Assembly: GCA_963760795.1 (NCBI GenBank)
Contig: CAVXEP010000004.1
Span: forward strand, 96,001 to 160,000
Direction: 5' to 3'
Origin: an uncultured delta proteobacterium
GTDB lineage: Bacteria > Desulfobacterota > Binatia > UBA9968
DNA: 64,000 nt
The notes beneath the pieces were generated by a model. That model ran no database searches, was not told the origin of the DNA, and saw nothing but the letters and a program-made list of their open reading frames with translations. Position numbers and translations under genes: made by a program. Shown one piece after another: positions 10,054 through 21,404 of the stretch. Position 1 is the first letter of the stretch, and each line of letters begins with the position of its first letter.

Positions 10054-11064
10054 ATGACATCGTGGCAACCGCACCAGCGACTCCTCCTCTACCTGTTGCT
10101 CGCACTCGCCCTCGCTTGCGTCATCAGCCCTGTCCTATCCCTGGGCGCCGACTGGTTCATGACCCAGTGGCCGGCGCTAATGCCGCAGCGCATTCCGTTC
10201 CATCGCACCTTCGATCGCGCCTTCATGATTTCCGGTATCCTGCTGTTCATCGTTGGCCGGCGCGCGCTGATTCCCGCGCAGTTGAAAGAGCTGTGGCGGG
10301 TCGGCGCTGCTACCGCGCGACGAGATTTCGCCGCCGGCCTCGGCTTGGCGTTGGCTTCAATGCTCTTGGTCGTCGCCGCGATGACCGCGGCCGAAGTCTT
10401 TACGCCGTTCTTTCGGCTGACAAGATCGGTCGCCATCGGACGAGTTGCCAGCGCCGCGGCGGCGGGAATATTTGCCGGCGTGTTCGAGGAAATATTTTTT
10501 CGCGGCATCTTGTTCATGGGACTACGCGCCCATAGCTACAAGGTCCGCGCTTATCTCCTGGCCAACTTATTTTATGCCGCGCTCCATTTCGTCAGACCGG
10601 GCGATGCCTACTTTCTCGACAGCCTCGACCTCGGCGCCGGCTTCCGCCATTTGGGGTACACCTTCACGCCATTTCTCGACCCGCTGTCATTGCTGCCCGG
10701 CCTGATCGGACTGCTACTCGTCGGCGCCGTATTATCATTTGCCGTGGAGCGCGCCGGCAATTTGTATCTCGCCATCGGCTTGCACGCAGGATGGGTGTTT
10801 AGCTTAAAAACTTTACGTGTCTTCGGCGACTTCCAACGCGATGGATTAGGCTGGCTCTTCGGCTCCAGCGATCCGAAACTCGTCAGCGGCGTAGCCGCCT
10901 GGGCAGCGATCCTATTGGCCGGCGTAGCGGTATATTACTTGACTAAAAGCCGCGCCGTCCGGTCAAACGATCTGCCTCGCGCAGCAGCGGCCTTATCTTC
11001 TCGGCGATACGCTGCCCCATCAAGCGATAGCCCGCGCCGTTGGGATGGATCGGATCGCTTTTGA
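10054..11064 (+). CDS. CPBP/CAAX intramembrane metalloprotease
   Basis: FEEIFFRG, FYAALH, AIGLHAGW motifs. The 3' end overlaps the convergent gene. Confidence 0.85.
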   Translation: MTSWQPHQRLLLYLLLALALACVISPVLSLGADWFMTQWPALMPQRIPFHRTFDRAFMISGILLFIVGRRALIPAQLKELWRVGAATARRDFAAGLGLALASMLLVVAAMTAAEVFTPFFRLTRSVAIGRVASAAAAGIFAGVFEEIFFRGILFMGLRAHSYKVRAYLLANLFYAALHFVRPGDAYFLDSLDLGAGFRHLGYTFTPFLDPLSLLPGLIGLLLVGAVLSFAVERAGNLYLAIGLHAGWVFSLKTLRVFGDFQRDGLGWLFGSSDPKLVSGVAAWAAILLAGVAVYYLTKSRAVRSNDLPRAAAALSSRRYAAPSSDSPRRWDGSDRF

Positions 11065-11596
11065 GCTTGGCGTCGGTAAGAATTCCTTGCATCACCTGGG
11101 GCATGTAAAAGGCGCCAAGCTGCTTAGCCGCCTCTTCGTAGATCGGGCTGTATTCATCGGTAAATATCCCAAGCCGCATGCCGGCGATCGCCACCATGGC
11201 GCCTTGAGCCTGTATGCGCCGCACCAGCTCTGCTAAATTTTTCTTCGTCTCCGCGCGTGGCACCTGGCGCAAGAAATCGTTGCCGCCCAATAAAACAATC
11301 ACCAGCCGCGGGTTGCCGTCGAGGACTTCCGATAACCGCGCCAGGGCCAGCGCCGTGGTGTCGCCGCGCCGGCCACGGTTAAGCACCGGAAAGGCCAGTT
11401 CGCGCGACAGCACCGACGGATAGTCTTCGCCGCCATCGGCACCGACGCCTTCGGTCAAGCTGTCGCCCAAGCAGACGATCGCCTCGTTGGTCGATCGCAA
11501 GTTACGCACGCTGTCAAAGCTGTCGCCGCCACAAGCGAGTAACGCGATGGCGACGAAAACGTAAGCGGCGGCGCGCAACACCCTTCGCTTGGTCAT
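10943..11596 (-). CDS. SGNH/GDSL arylesterase (TesA-like), putative lipoprotein
   Basis: GDSLT, GDTT, LGGND, DPIHPN motifs. LLAC lipobox. Confidence 0.9.
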   Translation of the reverse strand: MTKRRVLRAAAYVFVAIALLACGGDSFDSVRNLRSTNEAIVCLGDSLTEGVGADGGEDYPSVLSRELAFPVLNRGRRGDTTALALARLSEVLDGNPRLVIVLLGGNDFLRQVPRAETKKNLAELVRRIQAQGAMVAIAGMRLGIFTDEYSPIYEEAAKQLGAFYMPQVMQGILTDAKLKSDPIHPNGAGYRLMGQRIAEKIRPLLREADRLTGRRGF

Positions 11597-11639
11597 GGCC
11601 GGGACAGTCTTCGCCGAATCGCGGAAGCCGCGCAAAGCG

Positions 11640-13031
11640 TCATAATTTAAGCAACAGATCGCTCAGCTCTCGGGTCAAGGATAACTGTTCCAAATGCTGC
11701 ACCGCGTCGAGAACTTTTTCGACTCGGTCCATCGGTAGTGCCAGCTTGGCGTTGGCGCGGAACTTCGCCTCGATGTCGGAGGGCGGCAGCGGGTCTTCAA
11801 AACCGCCGCGCGGATGGGGCTGGTTCTCTTCGAGCACAGTGCCATCGTCGAGAAAGACTTTGACATGGCCGGAAAAATGGCGCGGGTAGTCGATGGTCGG
11901 ATCGAGTTCGTAGCGTACTTTAGCCGCGAGACGCAGGACTCCGGCGTCGTGAATCGCTTCGTCGGTAAACTCCTCCAAGCCGGCTCGCCCGTGCACTAAC
12001 ATCACCGCGATGCTGTAGGGCAGACTGAACTTGGCGCCATAGGAACTGATCGGCTGCCGTTTGTCAGCCAGCGGCTCCCACAGCCGATGCACCGGTCCTT
12101 CCGCGGTGCGGCACACGACTTCTCTTATCCGCTCCGGCGCCGGCCCATGCTGCTGTTTAATCTTGAGGGCGCAATCCATGTAGGGATGGGAGATCGAACC
12201 GCAGGGATAAGATTTAAAAGTCAGCTTGGGAATCTCCCAGACTTTGCCGAGCTCGGTTATTTTCTCATAGCGATAATCGTTCTTGCCGCCGAAGGTCGGG
12301 AAAAAACCGTTGGTGCCTTCGAAAACTTTCGCCGGTCCGCGAAAGCCTTCCTGGGCCAAGAGCGTCGCGATGACGCCGCCATGGGCGGACCAACCCGGGT
12401 GCAAACGCTTGGTCCAGGTACCGTCGGCCAAGTACTCGATAATGCCCGAGCTCTGGCTGCCGCATAGTCCGAAGGCATCGATCCATTGCGGCAGGCTGAG
12501 GCCGTAGAGCCGGCCCGCCGCTGCCGCGGCGCCAAAAGTCGAGCAGATCGCCGTCGGATGAAAACCGCGGGCGTGAAATTTTCCCGGCGCCACCAGACCG
12601 ATTTTACACAGCACCTCGGTACCGACGATGGCTGCTGCCAACAACGCCGCACCGCTAGCCGCGGTTTCTTCCGCCACCGCGAAGGCGGTCATCCAGGCGC
12701 AAGCACCGGTGTGGACGATCGCCTCTTCCAAGGTGTCGTCGTAATCCAGGCCATGGGCCAGGGTGCCGTTGGCGATCACCGCATTGGCCGCCGCCACCCG
12801 GTGCGGCGAACCGATAATCGCGCTATCGCCCGGGCCGCCGAGTTTCTTGGCCACCTGGGTGACCATCGCGCCGAAATCCATGGTCGAGGACGCCAGCGCG
12901 ACGCCGAGAGTATCGAGAAACACCAGCTTGGCTTTCTCGATCACCGCCGGCGGCACATCGACAAGCTTCAAGTCGCCGGCAAATTTACCGATCTGTGCAG
13001 AATATGAATCCACGCGGGCGAATCTCCTCAT
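11640..13031 (-). CDS. MmgE/PrpD family protein
   Basis: NGTLAHGLDYDD, GFHPT, KRLHPG, KSYPC, AKFSLPY. Confidence 0.93.
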   Translation of the reverse strand: MRRFARVDSYSAQIGKFAGDLKLVDVPPAVIEKAKLVFLDTLGVALASSTMDFGAMVTQVAKKLGGPGDSAIIGSPHRVAAANAVIANGTLAHGLDYDDTLEEAIVHTGACAWMTAFAVAEETAASGAALLAAAIVGTEVLCKIGLVAPGKFHARGFHPTAICSTFGAAAAAGRLYGLSLPQWIDAFGLCGSQSSGIIEYLADGTWTKRLHPGWSAHGGVIATLLAQEGFRGPAKVFEGTNGFFPTFGGKNDYRYEKITELGKVWEIPKLTFKSYPCGSISHPYMDCALKIKQQHGPAPERIREVVCRTAEGPVHRLWEPLADKRQPISSYGAKFSLPYSIAVMLVHGRAGLEEFTDEAIHDAGVLRLAAKVRYELDPTIDYPRHFSGHVKVFLDDGTVLEENQPHPRGGFEDPLPPSDIEAKFRANAKLALPMDRVEKVLDAVQHLEQLSLTRELSDLLLKL

Positions 13032-13115
13032 TACGCTTTACAGCGCTTTTTCTACCATGCTACTTTCGAGCGAAGCTACACTTCGACCATCGCACGCGCA
13101 ACCTGGGAGATTCAA

Positions 13116-13953
13116 ATGGAATGGCACAGCATCCTGATCGGGCCGCTCACTCTCGCCCTCGGCGTCTTGCTTCTGCTCATCTGCTTAGCGGGATTTCTCT
13201 GGTTGACCGGCAAGCTCGAAGGCTACGATCCGATCAATGAATTGCTCATGCGCGACAACGCGGCGCTTGGGCTTCGCTATGGCCTCTTTGCTCATCGCCG
13301 TGGTTTTCTCCCTGCTGGGAATTTTTGACCGTGGCCAAGGCGACTCAGGCGCGGCGGATTTCTCAGTCCATGCAATTTTGGCAACCTTGCTTATTTACAT
13401 TTCCCGTTTCTTAAACGACTGGTTCATCCTCTATCATTTCAGCAACAACCGCGAAGTGATAGAGGAGAAAAATGTCGCCGTCGCGCTCGTCGAAGGCGCC
13501 ACCTACATGGCCAGCGCCTATGTGATCGGCGGCGCGTTTTACGACTGGGAAAGCGGGCTGTTGACGGCGCTCCTATGGTTTATCATCGGCCAACTATTAT
13601 TGGTATTTCTCGCCCTGCTCTACCGCGCCGTGGCGCACGGCGCCGACAAAGCCCTCGACGATCAGAATCTCGCCGTCGGCATTTCACTGGGCGCGTTTCT
13701 TCTCGCCGGCGGCATGATTTGCGGCACGGTGATCAGCGGCCCTTCCGCCGGCTGGCGCAATGACTTGCTCATCGTCGCCGCCTATCTCGCCACCTGGATC
13801 GTCACCATGCTGGCGGCTCATTGGCTCTCCGACCGGCTGGTGTTTCGCACCGCGCGCATGGCCGACGAAGTTACCGAGCAGCGCAACATCGCCGCCGCCC
13901 TGTTTAAAGCGGTGATCTTTATTTCGGTAACGTTAGGCTTCACCCACGGATGA
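13116..13953 (+). CDS. DUF350 membrane protein (1-nt frameshift near 13290)
   Basis: Repeated 'E..DNAALG / KNVAVA / QNLAVG / RNIAAA' units across ORFs 13116 and 13237. Confidence 0.8.
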
Positions 13954-13959
13954 TTCGCG

Positions 13960-14316
13960 ATGAAGAAATCCGCCAAGGTCACCGTTGCGTTTCTGTCATC
14001 CGTCGCCAGCGCATTCATGAACGGCTGCGGCGACGACGGCGACTGGGTCGAAGCCAAACGCTGCGTCAATAACAGCAACGTCGTCGTCGAGGACAGTTGG
14101 TGCGAAGATCCCGCGCGCAGCTCGGGCCGCACCGGCGCTGGTTATCATTCCTACTACTACGGCGGCCGCGGATACTACCCCGGCGACGTCGTTAGCGGCG
14201 GCGGTCATGTGCCGCAGAGCGGCGTCAACTACCGAAGCGCTAGCCAGGTGCCGCGCGGCGGCTTCGGCGCCACCGGGAAGGCATTCGTCAGCCACGGCGG
14301 TTCCATCAGCAGTTAG
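13960..14316 (+). CDS. YgiB/DUF1190-like lipoprotein
   Basis: Lipobox-like NGC and C-terminal RGGFGATG. Lies between DUF350 and the GSP synthase gene. Confidence 0.75.
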   Translation: MKKSAKVTVAFLSSVASAFMNGCGDDGDWVEAKRCVNNSNVVVEDSWCEDPARSSGRTGAGYHSYYYGGRGYYPGDVVSGGGHVPQSGVNYRSASQVPRGGFGATGKAFVSHGGSISS

Positions 14317-14336
14317 CTATTTGCCAATACGGATGT

Positions 14337-14416
14337 TCACCACGAAGGCACGAAGGACACGAAGGTTTCAGATATATAAATTTCCGAACTTCGCGATCTT
14401 CGTGCCTTCGTGGTGA
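14337..14416. repeat. CACGAAG tandem-repeat hairpin
   Basis: CACCACGAAGGCACGAAGGACACGAAG ... CTTCGCGATCTTCGTGCCTTCGTGGTG. A related copy is near 37657-37683. Confidence 0.85.
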
Positions 14417-14431
14417 GAGAGAATTTTGCGC

Positions 14432-15574
14432 ATGAAACGAATTAGTACCACACCGCGTCAAGATTGGGAGAAAAAGGTCGAAGAGATCGGCCTGATTTAC
14501 CATCATACCGCGGGGCAACCCTACTGGAACGAGTCGGCGTACTATTCGTTTCGCTCTGCTGAAATCGACCGCATCGAAGTGGCCAGCAACGAACTGCATC
14601 AGATGTGCCTCGAAGCGGCACAGCATGTCATCGACAACAACCGCTTCGGCGAACTTGGCATTCCCGCCGTTGCGGTTCCATTCATCAAGCTAGCCTGGGA
14701 GGACGAACCGCCGGCGCTCTATGGTCGCTTCGACCTCGCCTATGACGGCGAGCAGCTAAAGTTACTGGAATACAATGCCGACACGCCGACCGCGCTGGTC
14801 GAAGCCGCGGTCGCCCAGTGGTACTGGCTGCAAGAGCGTTTCCCCGATCTCGATCAGTTCAATTCCATTCACGAAAAGCTTTTGGCCAAGTGGCAAGAGT
14901 TGAGGCCCTATCTGGCCAATCCCATGCATTTCACTTACCTGCCGCCGCCCGACGTGGAAAACAGCGAAGACCTGATGACGGTAACCTACCTAATGGATTT
15001 GGCTGGCCAGGCCGGTATCGAAGGCTCGCTGGTCACTATTGACGAAATCGGTTGGGACACCGAACGAAGCACGTTTGTCGACCAGGCCGAAAAGCCGATC
15101 CGCAGCATCTTCAAGCTCTACCCCTGGGAGTGGCTATTGCGCGATCGCTTCGCCGAACATTTTTTCGCGTCTTATAACTTGACCCAATGGGTCGAGCCGG
15201 TCTGGAAGATGCTGTTATCGAACAAGGGGATTCTACCGATTCTGTGGGAATTGTTCCCGCATCACGCCAATCTGTTGGAGTGTTATTTCACCGGCCCGAA
15301 GCGTTTAAACAATTACGTCAAAAAGCCGCTGCTGTCACGCGAGGGCGCCAACTTGTCGTTTCACCATGGCGCCGTGGTTGAGGAAACCGGCGGTCCCTAC
15401 GGCGAGGAAGGTTTCATCTATCAAGCCACGGCCCGTATCGCGAACTTCGACGGCGCCTTTCCGATCATCGGCAGTTGGATAATCGACGGCGTCGCCGCAG
15501 GTATCGGCATCCGCGAATCGGACACCCGGGTTACCAACAACTTGAGCGCCTTCGTGCCCCACCTATTCGAGTAG
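14432..15574 (+). CDS. Glutathionylspermidine synthase-like ATP-grasp protein (YgiC/YjfC)
   Basis: LYGRFD, LLEYNADTPT, FKLYPWE, KPLLSREG, FVPH. Confidence 0.93.
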   Translation: MKRISTTPRQDWEKKVEEIGLIYHHTAGQPYWNESAYYSFRSAEIDRIEVASNELHQMCLEAAQHVIDNNRFGELGIPAVAVPFIKLAWEDEPPALYGRFDLAYDGEQLKLLEYNADTPTALVEAAVAQWYWLQERFPDLDQFNSIHEKLLAKWQELRPYLANPMHFTYLPPPDVENSEDLMTVTYLMDLAGQAGIEGSLVTIDEIGWDTERSTFVDQAEKPIRSIFKLYPWEWLLRDRFAEHFFASYNLTQWVEPVWKMLLSNKGILPILWELFPHHANLLECYFTGPKRLNNYVKKPLLSREGANLSFHHGAVVEETGGPYGEEGFIYQATARIANFDGAFPIIGSWIIDGVAAGIGIRESDTRVTNNLSAFVPHLFE

Positions 15575-15602
15575 CCTAGCCGGCGCCAAATCACGCAACC
15601 CG

Positions 15603-16073
15603 TCATGCCGCCTCAAACAGCGGTTCATGCCGCTTCGGCGCGGGAATCGCCATCACCGGACAAGGCGCATGGGCGATCACTTTCTCCGTGACGCTGCCGA
15701 GCAGTATGTGATCCAGCCCGGTGCGCCCATGGGTCGACATGATCACCAGATCCACCGCTTCACGGCCGGCGAGATCGGCGATGTTCACATGGGCCGCGCC
15801 CAGTTCGACCTTCTGGCGGACCTCGACTAAATTCATCAACGCAGCGAACTTCTCTCGCAGGAATTTGTCCAGGAACTCCGTCTGTTCGGCCATCAAGGTG
15901 CGCACCGGACCGAGATTTTCATGTTTGCCGAACCAGTCGTTACCCATGTCAACGACATGAAGCACGATCAGCTCCGCGCCCGCGTCATGAGCGCTTTCAA
16001 AAGCGCGTTGCAGACCGACACAGGACAAGTCGGAATAATCCGTCGGCGCCAATATCTTTTTTATCTTGCTCAT
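15603..16073 (-). CDS. Universal stress protein
   Basis: KILAPTDYS, MSTHGRTG..LGSVTEKV. Confidence 0.92.
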   Translation of the reverse strand: MSKIKKILAPTDYSDLSCVGLQRAFESAHDAGAELIVLHVVDMGNDWFGKHENLGPVRTLMAEQTEFLDKFLREKFAALMNLVEVRQKVELGAAHVNIADLAGREAVDLVIMSTHGRTGLDHILLGSVTEKVIAHAPCPVMAIPAPKRHEPLFEAA

Positions 16074-16126
16074 ATTCTCCTCCTGCGAACTACCACGTTA
16101 GTCAGTCCAGATGCATCCAATGGCGA

Positions 16127-17030
16127 TCACGCGGCGTGAACCACCAGCACCGGCTCCTCCGCATGACGCACCACCTTCTCGGTGACGCTGCCGAGCGCCC
16201 AACGTGCCGCTCCGGATCTGCCATGGGTAGACATCGCCACCAGCGCATCAGGCAGCTTATTGGCGTAACGCACGATCTCCTCGGCGTCGGATCCCGCCAA
16301 CGCCGCCCACGTTACTTTGGTTAGCCCCGACGCCCTAAGCGCTTCCGTCTTTTTCTTGAGATACCCTTCCACGTCTTCCCTCAGGTCGCGCAGCATCTCG
16401 TCATAGTTGGGCAGATAGTCTTCGCTGCCGTAATACGCCGCTGCCGCGAGTTCATAGGCGCGACAGAGAACGATCTCGAGGTCGAGCTGTTTAGCGACTT
16501 CACACACCGTGGGCAACACCGACTCCGCTAACTCAGATCCGTCGAGGGGCACGACGATGGATTTGATGGCGGCCGGCGGCGCCGCCGGCGCCGCTTCACT
16601 GGCGCGCACGAGAAATAACGGCGTGGTCGTGCCGCGCAGCACCTTTTCCGCCACGCTGCCCATCATCCAGCGGTTGATGCCCGAGCGGCCATGGGTCGCC
16701 ATGGCGATCAGTGTGCCTTTCTCCGCCTCAGCTCTTTCAATGATCACATCAGCTGGCCGGCCTCTTTCCACCTTGCAACTCACAGGTAAACCGCCAAACG
16801 TCGCGGCGATTTCGTCCAAATGCTCCCGGCTCGCGCTTTCGCCCTCGGCGATGATCGTGTCCAGATAGCGCGCCTTGTCAGCTGCGATATGCGCCGTCGC
16901 TGCGCCGATGTCGACGACTTCCAGGAGTTCAATGGGCAGCTTCAGTGTACCGGCCAAGATGCGCGCAAACGGCAGATACTCGTTCGGCAGTCTTCGAACC
17001 ATCCAGCGGGATCAATAACCTTGAATACAT
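16127..17030 (-). CDS. Tandem-domain universal stress protein (indel near the 5' end, ~16980)
   Basis: MYSRLLIPLDGSKTAE starts in another frame. Two MATHGRSG/MSTHGRSG..GSV motifs. Confidence 0.85.
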
Positions 17031-17408
17031 TGCCAGCCCCTTTTCGCATAAGCTTCTCAACTGGATGACGGCGCAACTAGCATGCCAGCGGCCAGACCTG
17101 AGAACACGGGTGTAATCGGGCGAGTGTTTTTCAAAGATGGGAAAACATCGAGTTAATTCTCGCAGGAATGGGAACGGTAGGAGCCTCAATCCGAACCGCG
17201 AGGCGGTCGGCTGGCCGCCTTGAAGACAACGGGCTACACCCTCATTCCCGCTCAGGCGGAATTCAGGTGTGTGCCGTTGAAATATCTCGGCGACAGGCTC
17301 GCGAGAGCCGTTCATGCTACTTTCGGCGCTACCTGTTCCATGAAACGCCGCATCGAGACACGAGCTTGTGAGTCGCTTAATCCGCCCAATGCGAAGTTGC
17401 CTGCCAGA

Positions 17409-18072
17409 TCAGTCAAGCAGAACCGTCGCGCACATAGGCCACATGGTCGCGTACTTCTTCGGCGCTGTGAGCCGCTTCATAGCCGCTCGATGCTTATCAT
17501 GGCTGCGATACGACTCAGGATCGGCCATGCCGGGAGTCAGACTGTGAGCGACCTGCGCCGCCGAATGATACTCGTGCAGTCCATGTGCCGCCGCCGCGCG
17601 CGCCTCGGCGGAATTTTCACCGACGTACGCGTGATAGACGCCGAGCACTCGCGCCGTCGCCTGATCATATCCCGCCAGCCCGCCGAGCAGCGAAGTACGC
17701 CTGCATTTCCCCGCGCAGCTCTTCGACCTCGTTTAGAAACGGGATCAGCATCATGTGAAATCCCTGTGCGCCCGAGTATTCGAAAGACTCCACCGAGGTC
17801 GTCGCCGCCATCCACACGGTGGGGTGCGGCTCTTGCACCGGCCGCGGCAAGACTTCCACCCCATGAAAATTGTAAAAGTGCCCCTGATGATCGAGCTTCG
17901 GCTCACGCCACGCCTTCAGCACGATGGCGAGATTCTCTTTGAAGCGGTCGCGCAATTCGTCTAGCAGGATACCGCCATACGCGGCCTGATCGATCATAGT
18001 ACGAAAGCGCATGGCGCCTTCGCCACGCGCGGCGGGCAACGACGAGGGTAGATAAAAAAGTCCGTAGCTCAT
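17409..18072 (-). pseudogene. Degraded LLM monooxygenase with internal deletions
   Basis: LLM N-terminus fused directly to 'RDRFKE..HQGHFYNF..VLPRPVQEPHP'. The EHH region is missing and the 3' part is fragmented. Confidence 0.75.
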
Positions 18073-18326
18073 GGCCGGACCTTATGTCAGCGCGCTGGTG
18101 ATGACAAGATGAAATCCACTGGGGATAAAAGTTGACTTAATGCTAACTTATCTGATACAGGCCGGTACAATCTGTTGTCGTAACCGGGGAACGGCTTTTG
18201 CAGTGAGAATCTGTCCTGCGCATGCTCGGTCGGGCGCTCGGCTGTATTACCGCCACCGCGCTCTGGAAAATAAATTTCGATCGCTTTGTTCCGCTTGCGA
18301 GCGGCACACATGAAAGGAGAAATGCC

Positions 18327-19274
18327 ATGCAGAGATCCGTGGGCGTTTTGGGGTTCCTCTTTCTTGCCACTGCGCTGGCAGGAACTGTGTCCGCGGCCGA
18401 TCTCAAGTTAATGACCGGACCGCAGGGCGGCGCCTGGGTGCCTCTGGGCGGCCAGCTCAAGGACATGTGGGAAAAGGCGATTGCGAATACATCGGTACAG
18501 GCGCTGCCGGGCGCCGGCATCGCCAACGTGCGCGGCATCGAGGAAGGCAAGACCGATGTCGGCTTCGGCAATTCGATTTCGACCGTCGATGCGATCGCCG
18601 GCAAGCCGCCGTTCCCTAAGCCGCACGCCAACGTTTGCAACGTCGCGACGCTTTATCCGCAATATTTCCAGGTGGTCGTGCGCGCCGATGCCGGCGTCAA
18701 CGCGATCAAGGACTTCAAGGGCAAGGCGATTGCCGCCCAGCCGCGCGGCAACACCGCCGAGGAGATCACCAAGCAGCTCTTGCAGGTAAACGGTCTCACC
18801 TACAACGACGTCAAGATGAGCTTCGTGTCCTATACCGATGCCGTCACTCAAGTGCAGGATGGGCATGCGGTCGCTTTCACCGCCGGGACGACCATTCCCT
18901 CCAGCGCCGTGATGGACCTTGCTAGTTCGCGGGAGGTGAAGCTGATCGATCTCGCCAATCAGCTTGAGGCGATGAAGAAGCTCAATCCCGGCTACACGCT
19001 CAATACCATTCCCAAGGGCACCTATCCGAAGCAGGACAAGGACGTGCAGGTGATCGGCTATGCGACCCACATCGTCGCCTCCTGCAAACTGCCCGAAGAC
19101 ACGGTCTACGGCATGACGAAGACCATCGCGCAAAACACCCAACTGCTCTCCGCCATCGTCAAAGACATCAGGGGACTCACCGCGAAGGGAATGGCCGAGG
19201 ACATCGGCGTGCCGTTCCACCCTGGCGCGGCCAAGTTTTACAAAGAAGCCGGCGTCACCGTGAAGGTGAGATAG
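18327..19274 (+). CDS. TAXI-family TRAP solute receptor
   Basis: TGPQGGAW, GAGIANV, LYPQYFQ, VPFHPGAAKFYKE. AAGGAG RBS. Confidence 0.93.
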   Translation: MQRSVGVLGFLFLATALAGTVSAADLKLMTGPQGGAWVPLGGQLKDMWEKAIANTSVQALPGAGIANVRGIEEGKTDVGFGNSISTVDAIAGKPPFPKPHANVCNVATLYPQYFQVVVRADAGVNAIKDFKGKAIAAQPRGNTAEEITKQLLQVNGLTYNDVKMSFVSYTDAVTQVQDGHAVAFTAGTTIPSSAVMDLASSREVKLIDLANQLEAMKKLNPGYTLNTIPKGTYPKQDKDVQVIGYATHIVASCKLPEDTVYGMTKTIAQNTQLLSAIVKDIRGLTAKGMAEDIGVPFHPGAAKFYKEAGVTVKVR

Positions 19275-19387
19275 CCCGACCGGCGACGCCGACGCGCTCC
19301 CGCGCGTTTGCGCACTGCGACGATGCCCGGTCGTGGGATCTACGTCAACGTCAGTTTCACGTGAGTGAATTGATCTCAAGAGTTATC

Positions 19388-19467
19388 CAAAAATCCCCCT
19401 TCCCCCCTTTTCCAAAGTGGGGAATTGAAAGTCTCCCTTTGTAAAGGGAGATTTAGAGGGATTTTTG
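19388..19467. repeat. CCCCCTTT..AAAGGGGG-type palindromic intergenic repeat
   Basis: AAATCCCCCTTCCCCCCTTTTCCAAAGTGGGG and CTCCCTTTGTAAAGGGAGATTTAGAGGGATTT. Same family as 26231-26319. Confidence 0.75.
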
Positions 19468-19520
19468 ATTCGGCTCACGACGACTTTGACGGGACCCTGA
19501 GGGAGAATCGGATAGCTCAG

Positions 19521-21404
19521 GTGAATAAGATCGACTTCAGTTACGCGGGCGTGATTCGTCTCGCCGTGACGGTGAGCGCCGTCGCGATGGGCCTCTATCA
19601 CATGTGGGTGATCGTCGCCGGCCAGCCGGAAGCGATTATCTTCCGCGGCACCCACCTGCTCTTTGCGCTGATTCTGGTCTTTCTAATTTATGGCACCCGC
19701 GTAAATATCCAAAGGCCGATTCCGAGCCTTTTCGACTACACCTGGCTCGCCCTCGGTGTCGCTTCACTGGTCTACCTGTTCATCAATTACGAATACGTCG
19801 TCACGCGCATCTATTACATCGACGCGCTGACGCCGGCCGACATGATCTTCGGCGCGATCCTGCTCGTGGTCGTCACCGAAGCGACCCGCCGCTGTGTCGA
19901 CCTGTCGCTGCCGGTCACCTCGATTCTGTTCCTCCTGTACGGACTGTTCATTGCCAAGCTCGAGCCAATGCGCATCCTCGATCAGCTCTACATGACCACC
20001 GAAGGGGTTTTCGGCCAGGCGCTCGCGGTGTCGGCGTCGTTCGTGATTATCTTCGTCGTGTTCGGCGCTTTTATGGAGCGCACCGGCGTCGGCCAATTGT
20101 TCATGGACTTTGCCATGGCGCTTACCGGCCACAGCGCCGGCGGTCCCGGCAAGGTCTCGGTGATCAGCTCGAGCCTGTTCGGCACGATCTCCGGCAGCGC
20201 GGTCGCCAACGTCATGGTCGACGGACCGATTTCGATCCCGCTGATGAAACGCTCGGGCTTTCCGCCACACTTCGCGGCCGGCGTCGAGGCCACGGCGTCG
20301 ACCGGTGGCCAGATCATGCCGCCGATCATGGGCGCCGCCGCGTTCGTGATGGCGGAGTTCTTGGCCGTCCCTTACAGCCAGGTGGTGATCTGGGCGATCA
20401 TTCCGGCGATTCTCTACTACGTCGCCTGCTTCGCCGCGGTTCATTTCGAGGCCAAACGTCGCGGCATCGTCGGCGTGCCCCGCTCGGAGCTGCCGAAGCT
20501 GCCGGGCGTCATAGCCGAGCGCGGACATCTCTTCCTGCCAATCGTCATTCTGTTAACCGTCATGTATTCTGGCTATAGCGCGCCGCTTGCAGCCCTCGCC
20601 GGCACGGTCGCCTGCTTCCCGGCGGCCGCGCTTCGCAAGTCGACGCGCGTCAACGTCAGGCCGTCGATTGTCATAGAGGCGATGGTGGACGGCGCCAAGA
20701 ATTCGCTCGCGGTCGCGCTGGCCTGCGCTTCCGCCGGCATCATGATCGGCGTGGTGACGCTGTCGGGCCTGGGCATCGTATTCACCCAGTGGGTGGTCGC
20801 GCTGGCGCAGGACAGCCTGTTCATCGCGCTCTTCATGACGATGCTTGCCGGCATCGTGCTCGGTACCGGCCTGCCGACGACACCTTCTTATATTCTCCTT
20901 ACCGCGTTGCTCATCCCCGCGATCATGAAGCTCGGCGTGATCGAGCCGGCTGCCCATATGTTCGCTTTCTATTACGCGATTCTCTCGGCGATCACGCCGC
21001 CGGTGGCGCTCGCCGTGTTTGCCGCGGCCGGACTGGCGAAAGCGGATATGTGGGAAAGCGGCTGGGCCGCCATGAAGGTCGGCGCCGCCGGCTTCATCAT
21101 CCCGTTTATGTTCGTCTATCAGCCGGCGCTGTTGATGATCGGCGACTGGCCGACGATTATCTGGAGCTTTTCGACGGCTTGTGTGGGCATCGCGCTATTC
21201 GCTGGCGGGCTGCACGGTTATTTCATCACCGCCGCTTCCTACCGGCAGCGCGCCTTACTCACCGCCGGCGGGATATGCCTGGTTTTTCCTGGGATCTGGA
21301 CCGATCTTGCCGGAGCCGGCTTCGCGGCCATCGTCATCGTGAGCCAGCTCACCCGGCGCCGCGCCGCCGGCAGCCAAACCGTTAAGCAAGCACAGCCGCA
21401 ATGA
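19521..21404 (+). CDS. TRAP fused permease (4TM/12TM)
   Basis: GGPGKVSV, SGSAVAN, STGGQIMPPIMGAAAF, ITPPVALA. Confidence 0.93.
   Translation: MNKIDFSYAGVIRLAVTVSAVAMGLYHMWVIVAGQPEAIIFRGTHLLFALILVFLIYGTRVNIQRPIPSLFDYTWLALGVASLVYLFINYEYVVTRIYYIDALTPADMIFGAILLVVVTEATRRCVDLSLPVTSILFLLYGLFIAKLEPMRILDQLYMTTEGVFGQALAVSASFVIIFVVFGAFMERTGVGQLFMDFAMALTGHSAGGPGKVSVISSSLFGTISGSAVANVMVDGPISIPLMKRSGFPPHFAAGVEATASTGGQIMPPIMGAAAFVMAEFLAVPYSQVVIWAIIPAILYYVACFAAVHFEAKRRGIVGVPRSELPKLPGVIAERGHLFLPIVILLTVMYSGYSAPLAALAGTVACFPAAALRKSTRVNVRPSIVIEAMVDGAKNSLAVALACASAGIMIGVVTLSGLGIVFTQWVVALAQDSLFIALFMTMLAGIVLGTGLPTTPSYILLTALLIPAIMKLGVIEPAAHMFAFYYAILSAITPPVALAVFAAAGLAKADMWESGWAAMKVGAAGFIIPFMFVYQPALLMIGDWPTIIWSFSTACVGIALFAGGLHGYFITAASYRQRALLTAGGICLVFPGIWTDLAGAGFAAIVIVSQLTRRRAAGSQTVKQAQPQ

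Noticed and set aside
13116-15574. DUF350-YgiB-YgiC operon as a novel system
   Set aside because: This is a known conserved operon type (yjfL/M/C, ygiBC).
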